Source of the DNA: Octopus bimaculoides
Lineage: Eukaryota
NCBI RefSeq assembly: GCF_001194135.2
Contig: NC_068990.1
Coordinates: forward strand, 38,631,081-38,693,993
DNA length: 62,913 nt
Direction of reading: 5' to 3'
This document shows positions 14,250 to 29,145 of the stretch, piece after piece. Within the stretch, counting starts at the first letter, position 1, and each line of letters begins with the position of its first letter. The notes below the pieces were generated by a model. The model did not search any database, had not been told where the DNA came from, and saw only the letters and a program-made list of their open reading frames with translations. The position numbers were made by a program, and so were the translations under genes.

Positions 14250-15099
14250 TAGTGGTGATAGTGTAGGTGGTGGGGGAGAGTGGTAGGTGGTAGTTGTTGT
14301 GGTAAAGCAGTGTCAGAAGATCCGTGACGGTGAGGTAGTGGTGATGGTGGTGAATAGCAGGAGGACGAAACAATGGTTGGGTAGTCGGTGAAGGTGGTGG
14401 TTGTGGTGGTGGTGGTGATGATAATGCGTTGTCTACATCGTTTTAAAAGGACCACGACCACGACCACGACCACTACGACGATGATGATGCAAAGAGCAAA
14501 AAAAAGGGCGGTAATGACGATGTTATGTAATGTTGATGAAGAAGATAACGATAGTGATAATGACGACGACGTCGACGTTGTATATGATGATGATGATGGT
14601 GATGATGATGATGATGATTATGATGGTGATGATGATGATGGTGATGATGACGATGACGACGACTGTGTTAGAAATAGTGCTGCTTGTGATAAAGGTTAAT
14701 ATATTTATGATAATGGTGATGATGTTGATAATAATGGTGGCAATGGCAATAGTAGTAGTGGTGGTGGTGGTGGTGGTGGTGGCGGTGGTTTTTCTAATGA
14801 AATTTTATGACGAAAAATAAGGTCGTTTTATAGATGGAAGAGTCTGTTTTATGATGATGGTGATGATGATGATAATGATGATGATGATGATGATGAGGAG
14901 GAGGAGGAGGAGGAGGAGGAGGAGGAGGAGGAGGAGGACAATGACACTGATGAGAACGATGAACACGTGGACCTGGCTGAGGATGAAAAAAAGGAGGAGT
15001 AGTATGAAGAAGATGAATTGGTAATGATGCGGATAAAGTGCAGGAGGAGGAGAAAATGGCACTGGATGGGATAAACAAAGAATGGTAAATAGAACAACG

Positions 15100-15134
<35 letters not shown>

Positions 15135-15240
15135 GATGATGATGACAACGTCGATGACGACAATGATGATGCTGATCGTGATGGTAGTGGTGGTGGTGGT
15201 CCTGTTGGTGCTGTTGATGATGAATGCGGTGATGATGATC
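14250..15240. repeat. Mosaic trinucleotide low-complexity block (GTG, GAT, GAC, GAG, GTT)
   Basis: Successive homopolymer-encoding triplet runs; explains ORFs 14249-15306. Confidence 0.9.
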
Positions 15241-15661
15241 TTTAAAGACAGGATCAGTCGTAATCTGATGGACTCTTCAATAAAGATGTTTCGGTCTCAG
15301 ACGTAGTCCAGTGACTTCTGCTTTTTAAGACTGTTTTCTCTGACTTGAGTGAGAATTGGCTGTTGTTTACTGGTATGACTAACGACTAGGTAAGAACTAA
15401 TTATTGGCACTTCTGTTGGTTGCTACTTCTAGAAGATTCCGCTTTCAAAGGTGAATGGCATGAAATAAACATTTTTCTTATATTTTCATATTTAGCATTT
15501 TACCTCTCCCTCACTTTCGCTTCCTCCCCTTTTCACTCTCTATCTCTCGCTCTTTCTAATCTTCAACTTACTATTTCTCTAATTTGTTTTATTCGTCTCT
15601 AAAACACTCTTTCGAAGTCATTCTCTCTCTTTCTATATTTTCTTCTCCGAAAATTCTTTGT

Positions 15662-15696
<35 letters not shown>

Positions 15697-16772
15697 TTTT
15701 TTTGACTTCTTCTATCTTTCGTTTGATGCTGAACTCTCTTTGTCCGGATTTCGGACAGATCTACCTCCCTGCAAATGATGATGTTGTGCCTGAATCATTA
15801 ATATCTAATTTTCGTTGAAACAATTTTAAAACGCTTTGTATGTTTAAAGAGCGGATTGAATTAAATGCAATAAGGCGGGAAATCTTTTGTAATATTTGAG
15901 GATTTCATTGAATTATATGTAATCTAATAAGGCTACATTAAAGAAAATTTTATTAAATATACAGAAAAATGTAATTGTGTTTATTGTGAAAATATAATTA
16001 TAAATATTGGAGTCGGAAATTTACAATGCTTATTTCAAAACTGTAATTAAATTTATTGTAAAAATATAAATATATATCTAAAGTAAGAAATGAAAATACA
16101 AATTGACCTTTTACTAATTTATATATATTTAATGAATAATTTTACTATGCAAACATCAAAAATAAATTTTTCATGCAAAATCCCGTTTTCTTCTAGAGGG
16201 CTGTACTTCAGACTCCGAAAGTCTGATGGATCTCCACCTCCTTTCCAAATATTGCAAAACAATATATGAAGACAACAGTTAAACAACGTTTCATTGAATG
16301 GAAAAGCTCCTGATGGACGTTGTTTCTTATAATTACTATTATAATGCTCGAAGATGCACATCACATTGTTATATTAGAACATTGGTACATTACGTTTGAA
16401 GATAGCGTTTTTGATTAGTTCTAAATCAAACTTAAGTGAATAAACATATGACCAAATGCGTCTCGGTTCTGATTTTTCTGCAATGTTCACAGTGACTGAG
16501 GGTAATTAGACCGTGTTTTTAGCTGGTAAAGTGACCATTTACAGGTTCCTTCGTTCACTAATTTTATCGGTGGTTAGGTGAAGACACTACACACATTTTT
16601 TTCTCTCCTTGTTTCTCTCCTTGTTTCTTTCCGTGTTCCTTTCTGTAGAAGAGCGTACGCTCGGAACGTTGAAGACTTTCTCAATTCCCGAGCGTTATAC
16701 TAATACATCAATTTGTTTTCAACACCACCTGTCTTCGTCTGTTGTTTTTTTTTTAATGAATTCTCCCTATAT

Positions 16773-16813
<41 letters not shown>

Positions 16814-18000
16814 GCTTGTGTTTTCCCATTTGGAGAGAAAAGGGAAGTGCTCACATCTGATGATATAAAATCATGCATCTCTAATCCGAATAGATAAGTG
16901 CTGCAACGAAATTTCACCAATTAATTATGAAACAGCTGGCTGCTTTTTATAAAACCTTCTCGAGGTAGATAAAAGCATAATTTCATAAAGGGAATGGATA
17001 CAAAATTGTTTAACAATCTTAACACACAAATAGTTCTCATTTTGCTTATCCTTGGCAGACGATGAACCAGTCTGGACTTTAAAATGGTCCTCAAATTACT
17101 ATGTAAAAGGAAAGCAATGTAGTGAAAGTCATTTAGTCATCTCCATTTCTCTTTCATTGTTTTAATGAGCAACATATTAATTGATTATTGATTGGTAATT
17201 TTCTGTATTAATAACAATAAGAATTTATTGGATGATAAATGGTAAGTATAATATGGATGGATAGCCGGATGGATATATGTATGAAGGGGTGGATTGGCTG
17301 ATGAAATAAAATAGAGTAATATAAAGACGAAGTCATCAAAAGAACCAAAATACGTTTTATTAACTTCTAAAATGATCCCTAATGCCAGGAAATTTCTTTG
17401 TCATCTTCGCTTTTAGATTTTAGTTCAGATCAATTGTTTAAAAGTGACAGGATTTATAAATCTTATCGTTCCACAAACGCTTAAAAGCACTTTAAGACAT
17501 GAATAAAACCAATTTAAGAAGTGTATGTTCACAAGGTTATCGCTCTCACTATTTTGTCTCGACAATGAAATATCTTCTTTCTTTTAGTTACCTTTATATA
17601 TATATATATATATATATNNNNNNNNNNNNNNNNNNNNNNNNNNNNNNNNNNNNNNNNNNNNNNNNNNNNNNNNNNNNNNNNNNNNNNNNNNNNNNNNNNN
17701 NNNNNNNNNNNNNNNNNNNNNNNNNNNNNNNNNNNNNNNNNNNNNNNNNNNNNNNNNNNNNNNNNNNNNNNNNNNNNNNNNNNNNNNNNNNNNNNNNNNN
17801 NNNNNNNNNNNNNNNNNNNNNNNNNNNNNNNNNNNNNNNNNNNNNNNNNNNNNNNNNNNNNNNNNNNNNNNNNNNNNNNNNNNNNNNNNNNNNNNNNNNN
17901 NNNNNNNNNNNNNNNNNNNNNNNNNNNNNNNNNNNNNNNNNNNNNNNNNNNNNNNNNNNNNNNNNNNNNNNNNNNNNNNNNNNNNNNNNNNNNNNNNNNN

Positions 18001-18045
<45 letters not shown>

Positions 18046-18721
18046 GTATGTATATATATACATATATATCAGCGCACACACAAACATATGTGCGTGCCTG
18101 TGTGTGTACATGGAGATAGAGAGAAGGTTAGAGAAAGGGAAATAAAAAAATAATTGAAAACCGATAAAAAGTAAAATGAAGATTTAAGGAGAAAATAAAA
18201 ATAGGGAGAATTAGTTCTTTCTGCTGATGTCATACAAATCCTTCTGCTGTCATGCAAATAACAAATAAATACGCCAAAAATACTTTTAAAAAACAGCAAG
18301 AATTAAACCAAACAATTACATAATACACACACCAAGCACACACATACATACGTACACAAAGGGAGGCATAGACAAAGGAAGAAGAGGGAGAGCAACAGAG
18401 AGAGATAGAGAGAGTAGGAGTGACAACAGACAATGAAAGGGGAGTAGATGAAGCAAAACAAGGAAGGAAACATGAAATTATACATGTTATATCATCGCCA
18501 ACACAGTGGGAATTTTGAAATCCAATTTTATTACATCATTCCAGAATAATAAAAAGACGATTAAAATATGCATCATGGCGTTTACCTTCGCGTGTCGGAT
18601 GTGTTCTTAATTGCTTAACAATTAGGCGTTTTGCAAAGACCTTTGAATTATCATATTCATAATCATCATCACTTACATGAGTATAATCGTTGCTATTTTT
18701 CTCATATTGCTATAGCATTTT

Positions 18722-18872
18722 TTACTGTTGTTGTTGTTGTTGTTGTTGTTGTTGTCGTTGTTGTTGCTGTTGTTGTTAATGTTATTCTAAAAATAATAAT
18801 AATAATATTAATAATAATAATAATAATGATAATAATAATAATAATAATGATAATAATAATAATAATAATAAT
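18722..18872. repeat. (TTG)n followed by (ATA)n microsatellites
   Basis: Direct reading. Confidence 0.9.
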
Positions 18873-18891
18873 AGAGTGTAGTGTTGTTGTT

Positions 18892-19018
18892 AAGGCGGTG
18901 ACTTGGCAGAATTGTTAGCGTGCTTGGTAAAATGATTAGCAGCATTTTCGTCCACTCCTATATTCTTAGTTCAAATTCCGCCGAGGTCGACTTCGCCTTT
19001 AATCCTTTCGGGGTAGAT
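18892..19018 (+). mobile_element. tRNA-derived SINE family C, 5' part
   Basis: aaggcggtgacttggcagaattgttagc...gttcaaattccgccgaggtcgacttcgcctttaatcctttcgggg matches the 39862-40258 and 53732-53938 copies. Confidence 0.85.
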
Positions 19019-19477
19019 AGAGTGGTGACCACTATCTATAAGCGTTTATGACTATAATCCAATGACGGTACAGATGTCTCTTTATTGGTAACCTCAGTTA
19101 CCATCCCATGATGATGGAGGAGTGATAATCTCTGCAGATCATACCAGCTAGAAGCAAGCAGAAAGTTAAAACTTTCTTTGTCCCCTATGCTTGAAACCAA
19201 GAAGATCTGCAACGAACTCGGTGGTCATCTTAAAGGTCTTCGCTGGAGAGTCAGAAGAGCCATTGACCGCAAGAAAGCACAAGCACATGGCAATTATCTG
19301 TGGAAATGGAGCAATCACCATATGTGTGTGTCTGTGTGTGTTTCTCACACAGAAATCTGTCTCTTTTGCCTAACCTTTATGTAGCGGGTATATAAACACA
19401 CAAACAGCGGTTGTCAAGTGGTTGTGGATGACAATCATAGACACACATATATATATGAAAGAAGCCCATCCCATATT

Positions 19478-19540
<63 letters not shown>

Positions 19541-19677
19541 GTGTGTGTGTGTATGTATATATGTACAAGCGTCGAACGATAAAAATGAGTGAAAACTACA
19601 TTGGTGGATATAATTTCTTTATTTTGTAGGCTACCATTGGGTTCACATCAAGAAAAGTAAGAAAATATCGTAATGAT

Positions 19678-19913
19678 ACAGTTCTATATTTAATAGACGA
19701 AGAATTATGTACATTATTTACATTTGACGGATATTTGTCCTCATCTTGTTTGTTGTTAACACAACGTTTCGGCTGATGTACCCTCCAGCCTTCATCAGGT
19801 TCGAAATTTCCCCAAGACACCTGATGAAGGCTGGGGGGGGGGTACATCAGCCGAAACGTTGTGTTAACAACAAACAAGATGAGGACAAATATCCGTTAAA
19901 TGTAAATAATGTA
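19678..19913. mobile_element. Inverted pair of Penelope-like terminal-repeat ends (about 91/95-bp palindromic arms, 18-nt spacer)
   Basis: 19710-19800 is the reverse complement of 19819-19913 apart from a G-run expansion and one substitution; each arm carries a hammerhead core. Confidence 0.75.
19816..19865 (+). ncRNA. Minimal type I hammerhead ribozyme motif
   Basis: gacac-CTGATGA-a-GGCTG..CAGCC-GAAA-CG-TT-gtgtt: stem I gacac/gtgtt (5 bp including a G.U), stem II ggctg/cagcc, palindromic stem III AACGTT, predicted cleavage after GUU at 19860. Confidence 0.7.
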
Positions 19914-20012
19914 AATATCGTAATGCCTTAACAATTTTTCAAGCCAATCACATAGAGAAAGATGTTCGCCTGCATTTTGGAAAGCACATGTATATAAATA
20001 CACACGCGCACG

Positions 20013-20058
<46 letters not shown>

Positions 20059-20399
20059 TATATGTATATGTATATATGTATATATGTATATACTGCAGTA
20101 TCTGGCCCTCACGATAGAGTAGACGGTAGCGCTGCTAATATGCAGTGCATCCAGTACGGGCATTTATATAAGTTAGGTACTAACCTTGCCAAAATATTCC
20201 ACATGTAAATTGTTACATATCTCTCACGTCTTCTCTCTACAGAATAAAGTCGTAGTTTCTTTAGATCCTAACAGTAGTTTATCTGCTGCAATCTGGCAAT
20301 CTTTTTTAGCGTGGCAGCGTATAAAATATCATATTATTTAGCTATCAGTCTTTCTCTCTCCTACCCGGCATTCTCGCTCTCACTCTCTTTATATACACA

Positions 20400-20464
<65 letters not shown>

Positions 20465-21584
20465 GCATACATAAATATATATATATGATTACATATATGC
20501 ATATGCAATCATATTCATACATACATTTACATACATGATAACGTATATGCATTTATGCATATATATACATGCATTAGCACTCTCTCAACGACATTTGCCT
20601 ACACCATCCAGACGAAATTCTTTAAAAAAACTTCTTTTGTCAATAACAACATTATTTCCTAAGGTTCCTATGACCCTGTAGTTCAAAGCTGTGAGAAGCC
20701 GGACTACGGTTTGAAACTAATTCATTAAATTCACTGCCCGAATAAAAACGAATGGTTTTGGCGCCAAATCTTTTATATGCAAGATTATGACTTTATTTTT
20801 ATTGTCTTTTGCTTAAGTTTCCGGCAAAGGCCGTTACTATTATAGCTATGCTATATTTTCCGTTTCTGTATCTTTTTTTTTTTTTCTGTATTTTCCATCC
20901 ATTTAGAATCAAATAAAATTTCCATTTGGTGTTCTTTTATAATACACTATTCAGACAATTAAAAATACTACTTTTAATGTCAGAACAGAACCGCCCCATA
21001 TTCCTGCATTGCCTTTCCAAGAAAATAAGACAGAAACAAAGTAGATATATATACAATTGCAAGTATAACGCCACTCAAGTAAGTTAGATATACACTTTCA
21101 CTTGAGTATATGTCATCTTTACTTTCTTTCGTTGAAGACGTACAGAGCAATGAATAACACATGTGCTTACACTCGCACACGCACACAGACGCACAAGCAT
21201 AAACTCACATATACAGCACAAGCTTGCAACAATTGTATACATGCGTACATACGAGTGTGCAGGTATATATATACATACGCATATATATATATATATANNN
21301 NNNNNNNNNNNNNNNNNNNNNNNNNNNNNNNNNNNNNNNNNNNNNNNNNNNNNNNNNNNNNNNNNNNNNNNNNNNNNNNNNNNNNNNNNNNNNNNNNNNN
21401 NNNNNNNNNNNNNNNNNNNNNNNNNNNNNNNNNNNNNNNNNNNNNNNNNNNNNNNNNNNNNNNNNNNNNNNNNNNNNNNNNNNNNNNNNNNNNNNNNNNN
21501 NNNNNNNNNNNNNNNNNNNNNNNNNNNNNNNNNNNNNNNNNNNNNNNNNNNNNNNNNNNNNNNNNNNNNNNNNNNNNNNNNNNN

Positions 21585-21618
<34 letters not shown>

Positions 21619-22531
21619 ATACCCAGGTCTATTTCCCGTCTTATGGGGGAGAGGGTAACCACAACAAGACATACATCAGGAATACCATTCATTTCCCAGC
21701 TCAAAGGGGCGACTCCCGTTCTATAGATATACATATATATACATATACATGCACACACACACACACATTCATATCTTTATCTATAATATATATACATATA
21801 TATGTGTGTGTGTGTGCGCAGGTATTTGTGCGTGTATGTATACGTGCATATACGTCTGGGTGTGCGTATATGCCTTTTATTTAGTTGCAAGCATAAGTAC
21901 ACATGCGAGTTTACTCCGTAGGAAGTGCACACTGCGCTCAAAAAATATTATAAAAGCTTGACTAAAGATAGGATGGTAACCGTGTAATAGAGGAGGCAAA
22001 GTGGCTTCATGGAAATATTCGTTGCACTCATTTCAAATTTTATGATATATCTCAGATGATAGACTGTCGAGAAACTATTGTCTTGTTTATGGCCTCTTCT
22101 GCGTATGATTATAATATACTCACATACATGTTATCCTTTGTTGAGGCTTAATATTTGTATGTGTGTGTGTATGTTTGTGTCTATGTCTCTGCGCCTGTGT
22201 GTATCGATAAATGTTTATGTAGAAATATATGTAAATATGTAAATGCATATATGCATATTCGTACATGTATGCGTGTGTATGTGTGTGAGCCCGCGCGTCT
22301 GTATGTTTATGTGTGTGTGTGTGTGTGTGTGTGTGCTTTTATATAAGCGTTTACACAAGTCATTTACATACAGAACGTTTCATATATATGTTACCTCTAT
22401 TGTGGTTCAGAATCTGAAGCGAGTTGGCGACTATAAAGAGATTTTTTTTTGGTGCATACATACATATATAGATACTATAGACAAACGCACGCCATACACA
22501 CAATCAGACGCACGTACACACACAAACACAC

Positions 22532-22616
<85 letters not shown>

Positions 22617-22821
22617 NNNNNNNNNNNNNNNNNNNNNNNNNNNNNNNNNNNNNNNNNNNNNNNNNNNNNNNNNNNNNNNNNNNNNNNNNNNNNNNNNNNN
22701 NNNNNNNNNNNNNNNNNNNNNNNNNNNNNNNNNNNNNNNNNNNNNNNNNNNNNNNNNNNNNNNNNNNNNNATATATATATATATATATATATATACATAC
22801 ATACAGTATACATAAATTCGT

Positions 22822-23044
22822 GGTGGCACGTGGCTTAGTGGTTAGGGTGTCAGCACCATGATCGTAAGATTGTGGTTTTGATTCCTGGACCGGGCGATGC
22901 GGTGTGTTCTTACTCCAGTCCACTCTGCTAGCAAAAATGAGTAACGCTGCGATGAACTGGCATCCCGTCCAGCCGGGGAACATATGCGCCATTGAAACCG
23001 GGAAGCCGGGCCAATGACCCTGGCTTGGCTTTAGAAGGGCGCAT
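22822..23044 (+). mobile_element. tRNA-derived SINE, family B (small internal deletion)
   Basis: ggcacgtggcttagtggttagggtgtcagc...ggttttgattcctggaccgggcg...gaaaccgggaagccgggcc aligns with the other two copies. Confidence 0.9.
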
Positions 23045-24266
23045 TTAATTTTTTATTATATATAAATTCAATCTTTAGAAACGCACCATCTCAAAAAACC
23101 CAGTGCATTTCCAACTTCTTTCTATTTTTCAACCTGCATGGGATAAAATAACTATATTGTGTGTGTGTACACTTTGCAAGACTTACAGTTCAGATATTAT
23201 CTGCTCATCATCCATCTACATATCTTCTAGTATCTTTGAGTATTCTATGATTGAGTCTCCTTTTTCCTTTGTTGAATATATAACGTAGTTTCTTTTATTA
23301 ATTTCAATTATTTTTGCCCCTGAGGTTAGAGACAAAACCTTAAATACGGAGCATTTCTATAACTCATCGGAGGAGAAAGAGTTAATATCTGGTGCGTTTT
23401 ACTGTTACCCTTCTCTTAGGTCAATGTGGGGCTATTTCCATGTGTTTGTTACATGTTTACTTATCGTTGATAATATCGTTTTTGTTTCAGTATTTAATGT
23501 GGGACTAATTTGCTAATCTCCGAATACTATTTTCTTTCTGATATAGTCTTAATTAGACCAGATATTTCCATTCCGTTGATTAATGATATCGCTTGTTTCG
23601 TATGCATAACAGAATCTCCTACTATTCGCTATGACTAGACTGAAAGCAAACTGCAGTCACAGGGGGACAAGATAACGTGGTTCCTTAATTTGTAAATTTC
23701 ATCTCGAATGTTTGAAAAAACTTGTAATTTTTCTGTAACAGGGAAAGCAAGGAATTGTAAAATATTGTCAGAAAAGGAATAAAAATTTTCCTTTCGAAAC
23801 GCGCACTGTATTTTAATGAAGACGTGACGAGAAAACGTATATATGAGGAAACAAAACATAGACTGCAACGTTGGAATGTTTTGTTATAAAATGATCGAAA
23901 TCTGCTGAATATATACATAACTATTTTGAATCCATTTGATATTATGTTACAGTTTCTTACAGCAGCTTTTCTTAACGTCGGCGGAACTGTTGAAGAGGGA
24001 GTTATTGCATTAATTAACTGCTTAAATAGAGAGCATTCAAAGATTAAAAAACAAACACAAATAAAAAAAATCAATATGTCTCTTGCTTCGAAGATGCAGA
24101 ATCTCTATATTTCCTATTCTAAGGGAATTTTATTTATATTTATATTTATACATATATATATATACAAACGTAGATATATATATATTTCTACTTACACTGA
24201 TAATGAAATTCCGGTGCACGATGGGTCGAAACTGTCGAAGTGAATTCCATTTATTGTGTCATACAT

Positions 24267-24297
<31 letters not shown>

Positions 24298-24312
24298 GTC
24301 TCTCTCTCTGTC

Positions 24313-24365
<53 letters not shown>
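24267..24365. repeat. (CT)n microsatellite running into a gap
   Basis: Direct reading. Confidence 0.95.
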
Positions 24366-25289
24366 NNNNNNNNNNNNNNNNNNNNNNNNNNNNNNNNNNN
24401 NNNNNNNNNNNNNNNNNNNNNNNNNNNNNNNNNNNNNNNNNNNNNNNNNNNNNNNNNNNNNNNNNNNNNNNNNNNNNNNNNNNNNNNNNNNNNNNNNNNN
24501 NNNNNNNNNNNNNNNNNNNNNNNNNNNTATACAAATATAAAGTAATGTGACCAGTAGCCTGAATTATGTTATTCTGATAACAAAAATGAAAATAGGAATA
24601 CTAAGTACCGCCATGATATGATTGAAATTTATTGCAATTATTTTCACTTTGAGAAAAGATAAACTAAATACCTAGCAGCATTTGATACTAAATCCGAATT
24701 AGAAGTTTAGATAGTCTCCCGAGAATTTAAAAAAAAAGACTCCTTTCTCGAATTAACATTATATTTAGAAAAATACTCTGACTTTTTCTTCTGTATTTAT
24801 AACATCTATTGAGAGAAAAAAAACGTGTTCACAACTATACCTTAGCCCCCAGAAATAGACGCAAATGGCTATGGTAAGCAGGGGAAACTATAAATAATGA
24901 ATTGTTCAATGATGGCTTTAGATTGCTTCTACTAAGTTATTTCTATGGAATATAGTGCCGCTTCCTCTTCAAATAAAAATGTCTGCTGTTGACAAATACT
25001 CATTTCCTTTCAATGATTTAATTATTATTCATTTCCATTCTATATATTTATTTTCATTTATACTAATATCACTGCTATTTATTATTATCAATATCATTAA
25101 TACTGTTATTAACCATGTTGAAATTATTATTGTCATTCATTTTTCCCATATTCCACCCCCGGGCCAAATAAAAGAAATCAACATCATCGTTAACATCAGC
25201 ATCTTCACAATCATCGTCTCCATCCTCATCTTTATGTTTATATATGTTATAATTAATTTCGTTGTTATTATGAATATTTAATCTAAATA

Positions 25290-25417
25290 TAATAATAATA
25301 ATAATTAATCATAACCGCAATAATAAAAAAAACATCTTCATAATAGTAATATTACTAATAATAATTAATGTCTTATTATTATTAATATTATTATTATTAT
25401 TGTCGTTGTTGTTGTTG

Positions 25418-25460
<43 letters not shown>

Positions 25461-25461
25461 G

Positions 25462-25540
<79 letters not shown>
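25290..25540. repeat. (ATT)n/(GTT)n microsatellite
   Basis: Direct reading; explains the poly-N ORF. Confidence 0.95.
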
Positions 25541-25541
<1 letters not shown>

Positions 25542-26032
25542 TTGAAATCTATTAACCGAAGAATTCTATTTAGAAATTAATTTAGTAAGGTATTCAATGT
25601 GAAAATATGTTCCATTACTACGAATTGTTAAAGCCATTTATTTTCAGTTATTGCACATGTTTCAAAGCAATTAAGAAGTACATACATACATACATACATA
25701 CATACATACATGCATGCATACATACATACATACATACATAAATACATACATACATATATTCATACATACATACATACATACATACGTATAGACAGACACA
25801 GACATATATACCCTCTCACGGACACACATAAATACACACACACATATATATGTATGTTGTGTGTATATATGTGTATACATTCATTCATACTTGCAATTAC
25901 TCTCACATATGCACATAGGTTTGATTACGTTTCACGTAGTGCCTGCGCTTATCTCGTCTTGAATATCCGTTTCGTGTATGTGGATGTGTGTATATATATG
26001 TGTGTATATATATGTGTGTATATATATATGTG

Positions 26033-26085
<53 letters not shown>

Positions 26086-28984
26086 TTCTGTATGCGTGTA
26101 TATGTATGTATATTTATACCAGATACACTTATTTGTGTGTGTGCTTTTATTATATTCGAATATATTCGCTATTAACTTTGAATGAAGAATTTTCTCTTGT
26201 TATAGTTTGCTTTCATGTTGCTTTATTTGACTGGTGAACAATGTCTTCTCTAGCAGAACAAATATCTTCACATATACAGCAGAGAAGAAGAGGGAATCTG
26301 TGAATATTCACGGTTTATTGAACTCGAGTTAGCGGGTGGTGACATACACAGAATGAACTGGATATCTAATGTCGGGGTGAGATTCAGAATCAGAGAGTGT
26401 GAAGACTATTTAATTTTCTATTGGTTATAGTTGTAATAAATGTTTACTGAAGATCATAACAAGATATATGTTTGTAGTAAAATAATATTTTGATGTGTTG
26501 TATAGTTGAATATGACAATTATATCCTGTCTTGGGAATAACAGTTAACGACAATCCTCTATGGCCTTCTAAACTATAGCTAAAGACCATACAAATCATAA
26601 ATTAATTCCTAAGGGATATTCCTCTCAGACTTCAGAGCTATGTTGCCATTATAACTGTAAAAGTGATGCTAACTAACACCTAGAATCTATATAACGCCAT
26701 GTGTTCTCTCTCAGTTTGCTGTCAAGTTCTCTATCTTTGATAGAAGCCTTCTTGTTTTCAAGTATGAGTATGCGGTATGATATTTATGTATATTTATTAT
26801 TTAGTATTTAACTTTATTTAAACTATTTAGTAATTAACTTTAAGATGTTGAACAAACTGCAGATTAGAATATTTGAATTTTCTGATGAGAAATTTACATA
26901 AAAATATTTTCTTTTCAAATCACATCTTGAAGAACAGTAGGAACGAGGATCCTATATTACTTGATCTTCTAACATCCAAAGATCGTCGCTGTTTAAGCAT
27001 ATTATCGTTAATAGTGAATTATTTGTGGCCACGGTGTGTGACTGAATGAAGTGCAAACACAGATTATGATAACACTGAAAGTGATACTCTAACCTTTATA
27101 AATACCCAAATGGAATATTAAAATAAATTTGAATTTGATGTATCTAAGAAAGTTATCTTAAATAACTTGAAACTTAGATACTCTCACTGAAAGCTCCCTG
27201 TTCCTATGGTTCCACCGAAGCAGTTCTATATAGTACATTTACCTTTCCCTGAACCAAGTCAATGTATGTGCAATACCCACAGCTCAAATTATAATTCGTG
27301 ATGAGTTCCATGAGAAGCAATGCTGCGCACACTGACGTATGAATGTAGTTGGTAGGTACAAGATTATCTAGAAAGTAGACATTATTTCAACATGTCTGCT
27401 GACAGTGAAGCTTCAAGCTAGCAATAAACTCGATATTAGACATGATAACCAAACTCTAACATAGCATTATGTTAACTGACGTTCTATTGATGATTGCATT
27501 CGAAGATAAATTGGGGAATAATATATAAGAGTAACGAAAGACATGGAATTTATTAGAGTTAAGATATTCTTAGTTTCAGCAATGTTGAATAAAAGGAGAA
27601 ATATTGAAAAAAACGAAAATGGTTGAAATAGGCTCCATATGGCTGCTATACTGCCCAAATGGAAGTATACATCAGAAACTTTCATACCACAACATTAAGT
27701 ATGTTTAATTGTATTTCCGTATATCAAACTTAATTTAATGCTCTTGTAATTGGCCAGAAACAGAAGCTATCGCACATTAAACGGCTTCAGTAAATTGAGT
27801 TATGGTGTTTGAGAATCAAAACTAATGTAGTATCATAAGAGCCGTTGAAATTAGGTTATGGTGATAAACTTTTATGATATGACATAATAACAATGGGATT
27901 TTATACCTTGAAAAACTGACCAGAAGTGGCTGAAAGATACCTAACAAATGAGAAGTGTGCGATTTGGGAATAGATTGATGAAAAGTGACCTAATGTGACT
28001 TGACAGATATTATGATTAAGCTACAGGGCTAGACTGGCAAACATTGACCTAAAATTAAATATGAAATGAGCATAGGGAGAATAATAATCACATATTGATA
28101 AATGAGAGCTGAAACTACTAAGCCGTAGTATTGCACTTACACGGTGAGATATGATTGTCGAGTGATCTTACAAAATTAGTGCTGAGTGGAAATGTTGGTA
28201 AACTAAACTTACGGGGAAACCTGCAGAAATTATTAAAAAACGCACACAATATAGTGACTTGTAAAAACATAAAACTGAAGTAAATTGATATTCAGTCTTT
28301 TATAATCTTGTTACACTTAATAAATTGTGTATAAAAGTTTGGTGTCTGTTAAATCATATATTACGTATGCAGTAAGTTATATAGAAATGTAGTTTTGCCT
28401 AGTGAAATAAGATTATTTATTAATATGAACGACTAAACAAAACAAGAGCAAACAATAAATTAGATAAATTTATAGTCCATCATAGTTGATTCCATATCAT
28501 TTCCAGTCAAAAGGATTCAGGTTCTAAACAAAATTCTGATGCAAACTAGAACAAATTTGTTAGTGAGTCAAATTCGAGCTTTTTTCTTTTTCTAAACGAT
28601 GCCCTAAAGATATAAACTATTTCAACTACAAATTGTTTTGAGTAAGTGAGATGGTCATCAGACGTGAGCATATAAAAACTTATTTTCATAATGTCAGCTC
28701 GCATTTATTCTTTATCATAAGTTGTTCTGCGCGGCCCAGATTGTTTATATGTTAGCTGCCATATTTTCTACTAGTTGTCAGTTTCTACATTTTTTTATTC
28801 ATTTTCTTTGTTACATTATGCTGTGTTTATCACAAATTGGAACCGATACGCAACGAAATCCTTGGTAGAATTTTGTTCTTTAATCTGGCATCCAGTTTTG
28901 TGCAAAATCATGCACAATTATCTACGTAACCTGAATTAAAATCGTAACAGTAATTATATAATATATAGACAGAAGTTTACATAC

Positions 28985-29145
28985 AAACATACATACATGC
29001 ATACATACATACTTACATATATTAATACATATAAATATACACATAAACACATAGATAGTGATACATACATGCATGCATACATACATACATACATACATAC
29101 ATACATGCATACATACATACATACATACATGCATACATACATATG
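28985..29145. repeat. (CATA)n microsatellite
   Basis: Direct reading; a similar tract lies at 25680-25790. Confidence 0.9.

Noticed and set aside
15255-15305. Hammerhead-like words (ctgatg, ccgaaac and tgaaga on the minus strand)
   Set aside because: Order and stems do not assemble into a type I, II or III hammerhead.
23926-24243. 105-aa ORF with an internal tttcttacAG acceptor-like site
   Set aside because: No suitable donor; the 3' part runs into AT-microsatellite-like sequence.
27770-28060. Weak RLQ*IELWCLR similarity to RTE/L2 LINE C-termini
   Set aside because: Too short and degraded to call by eye.
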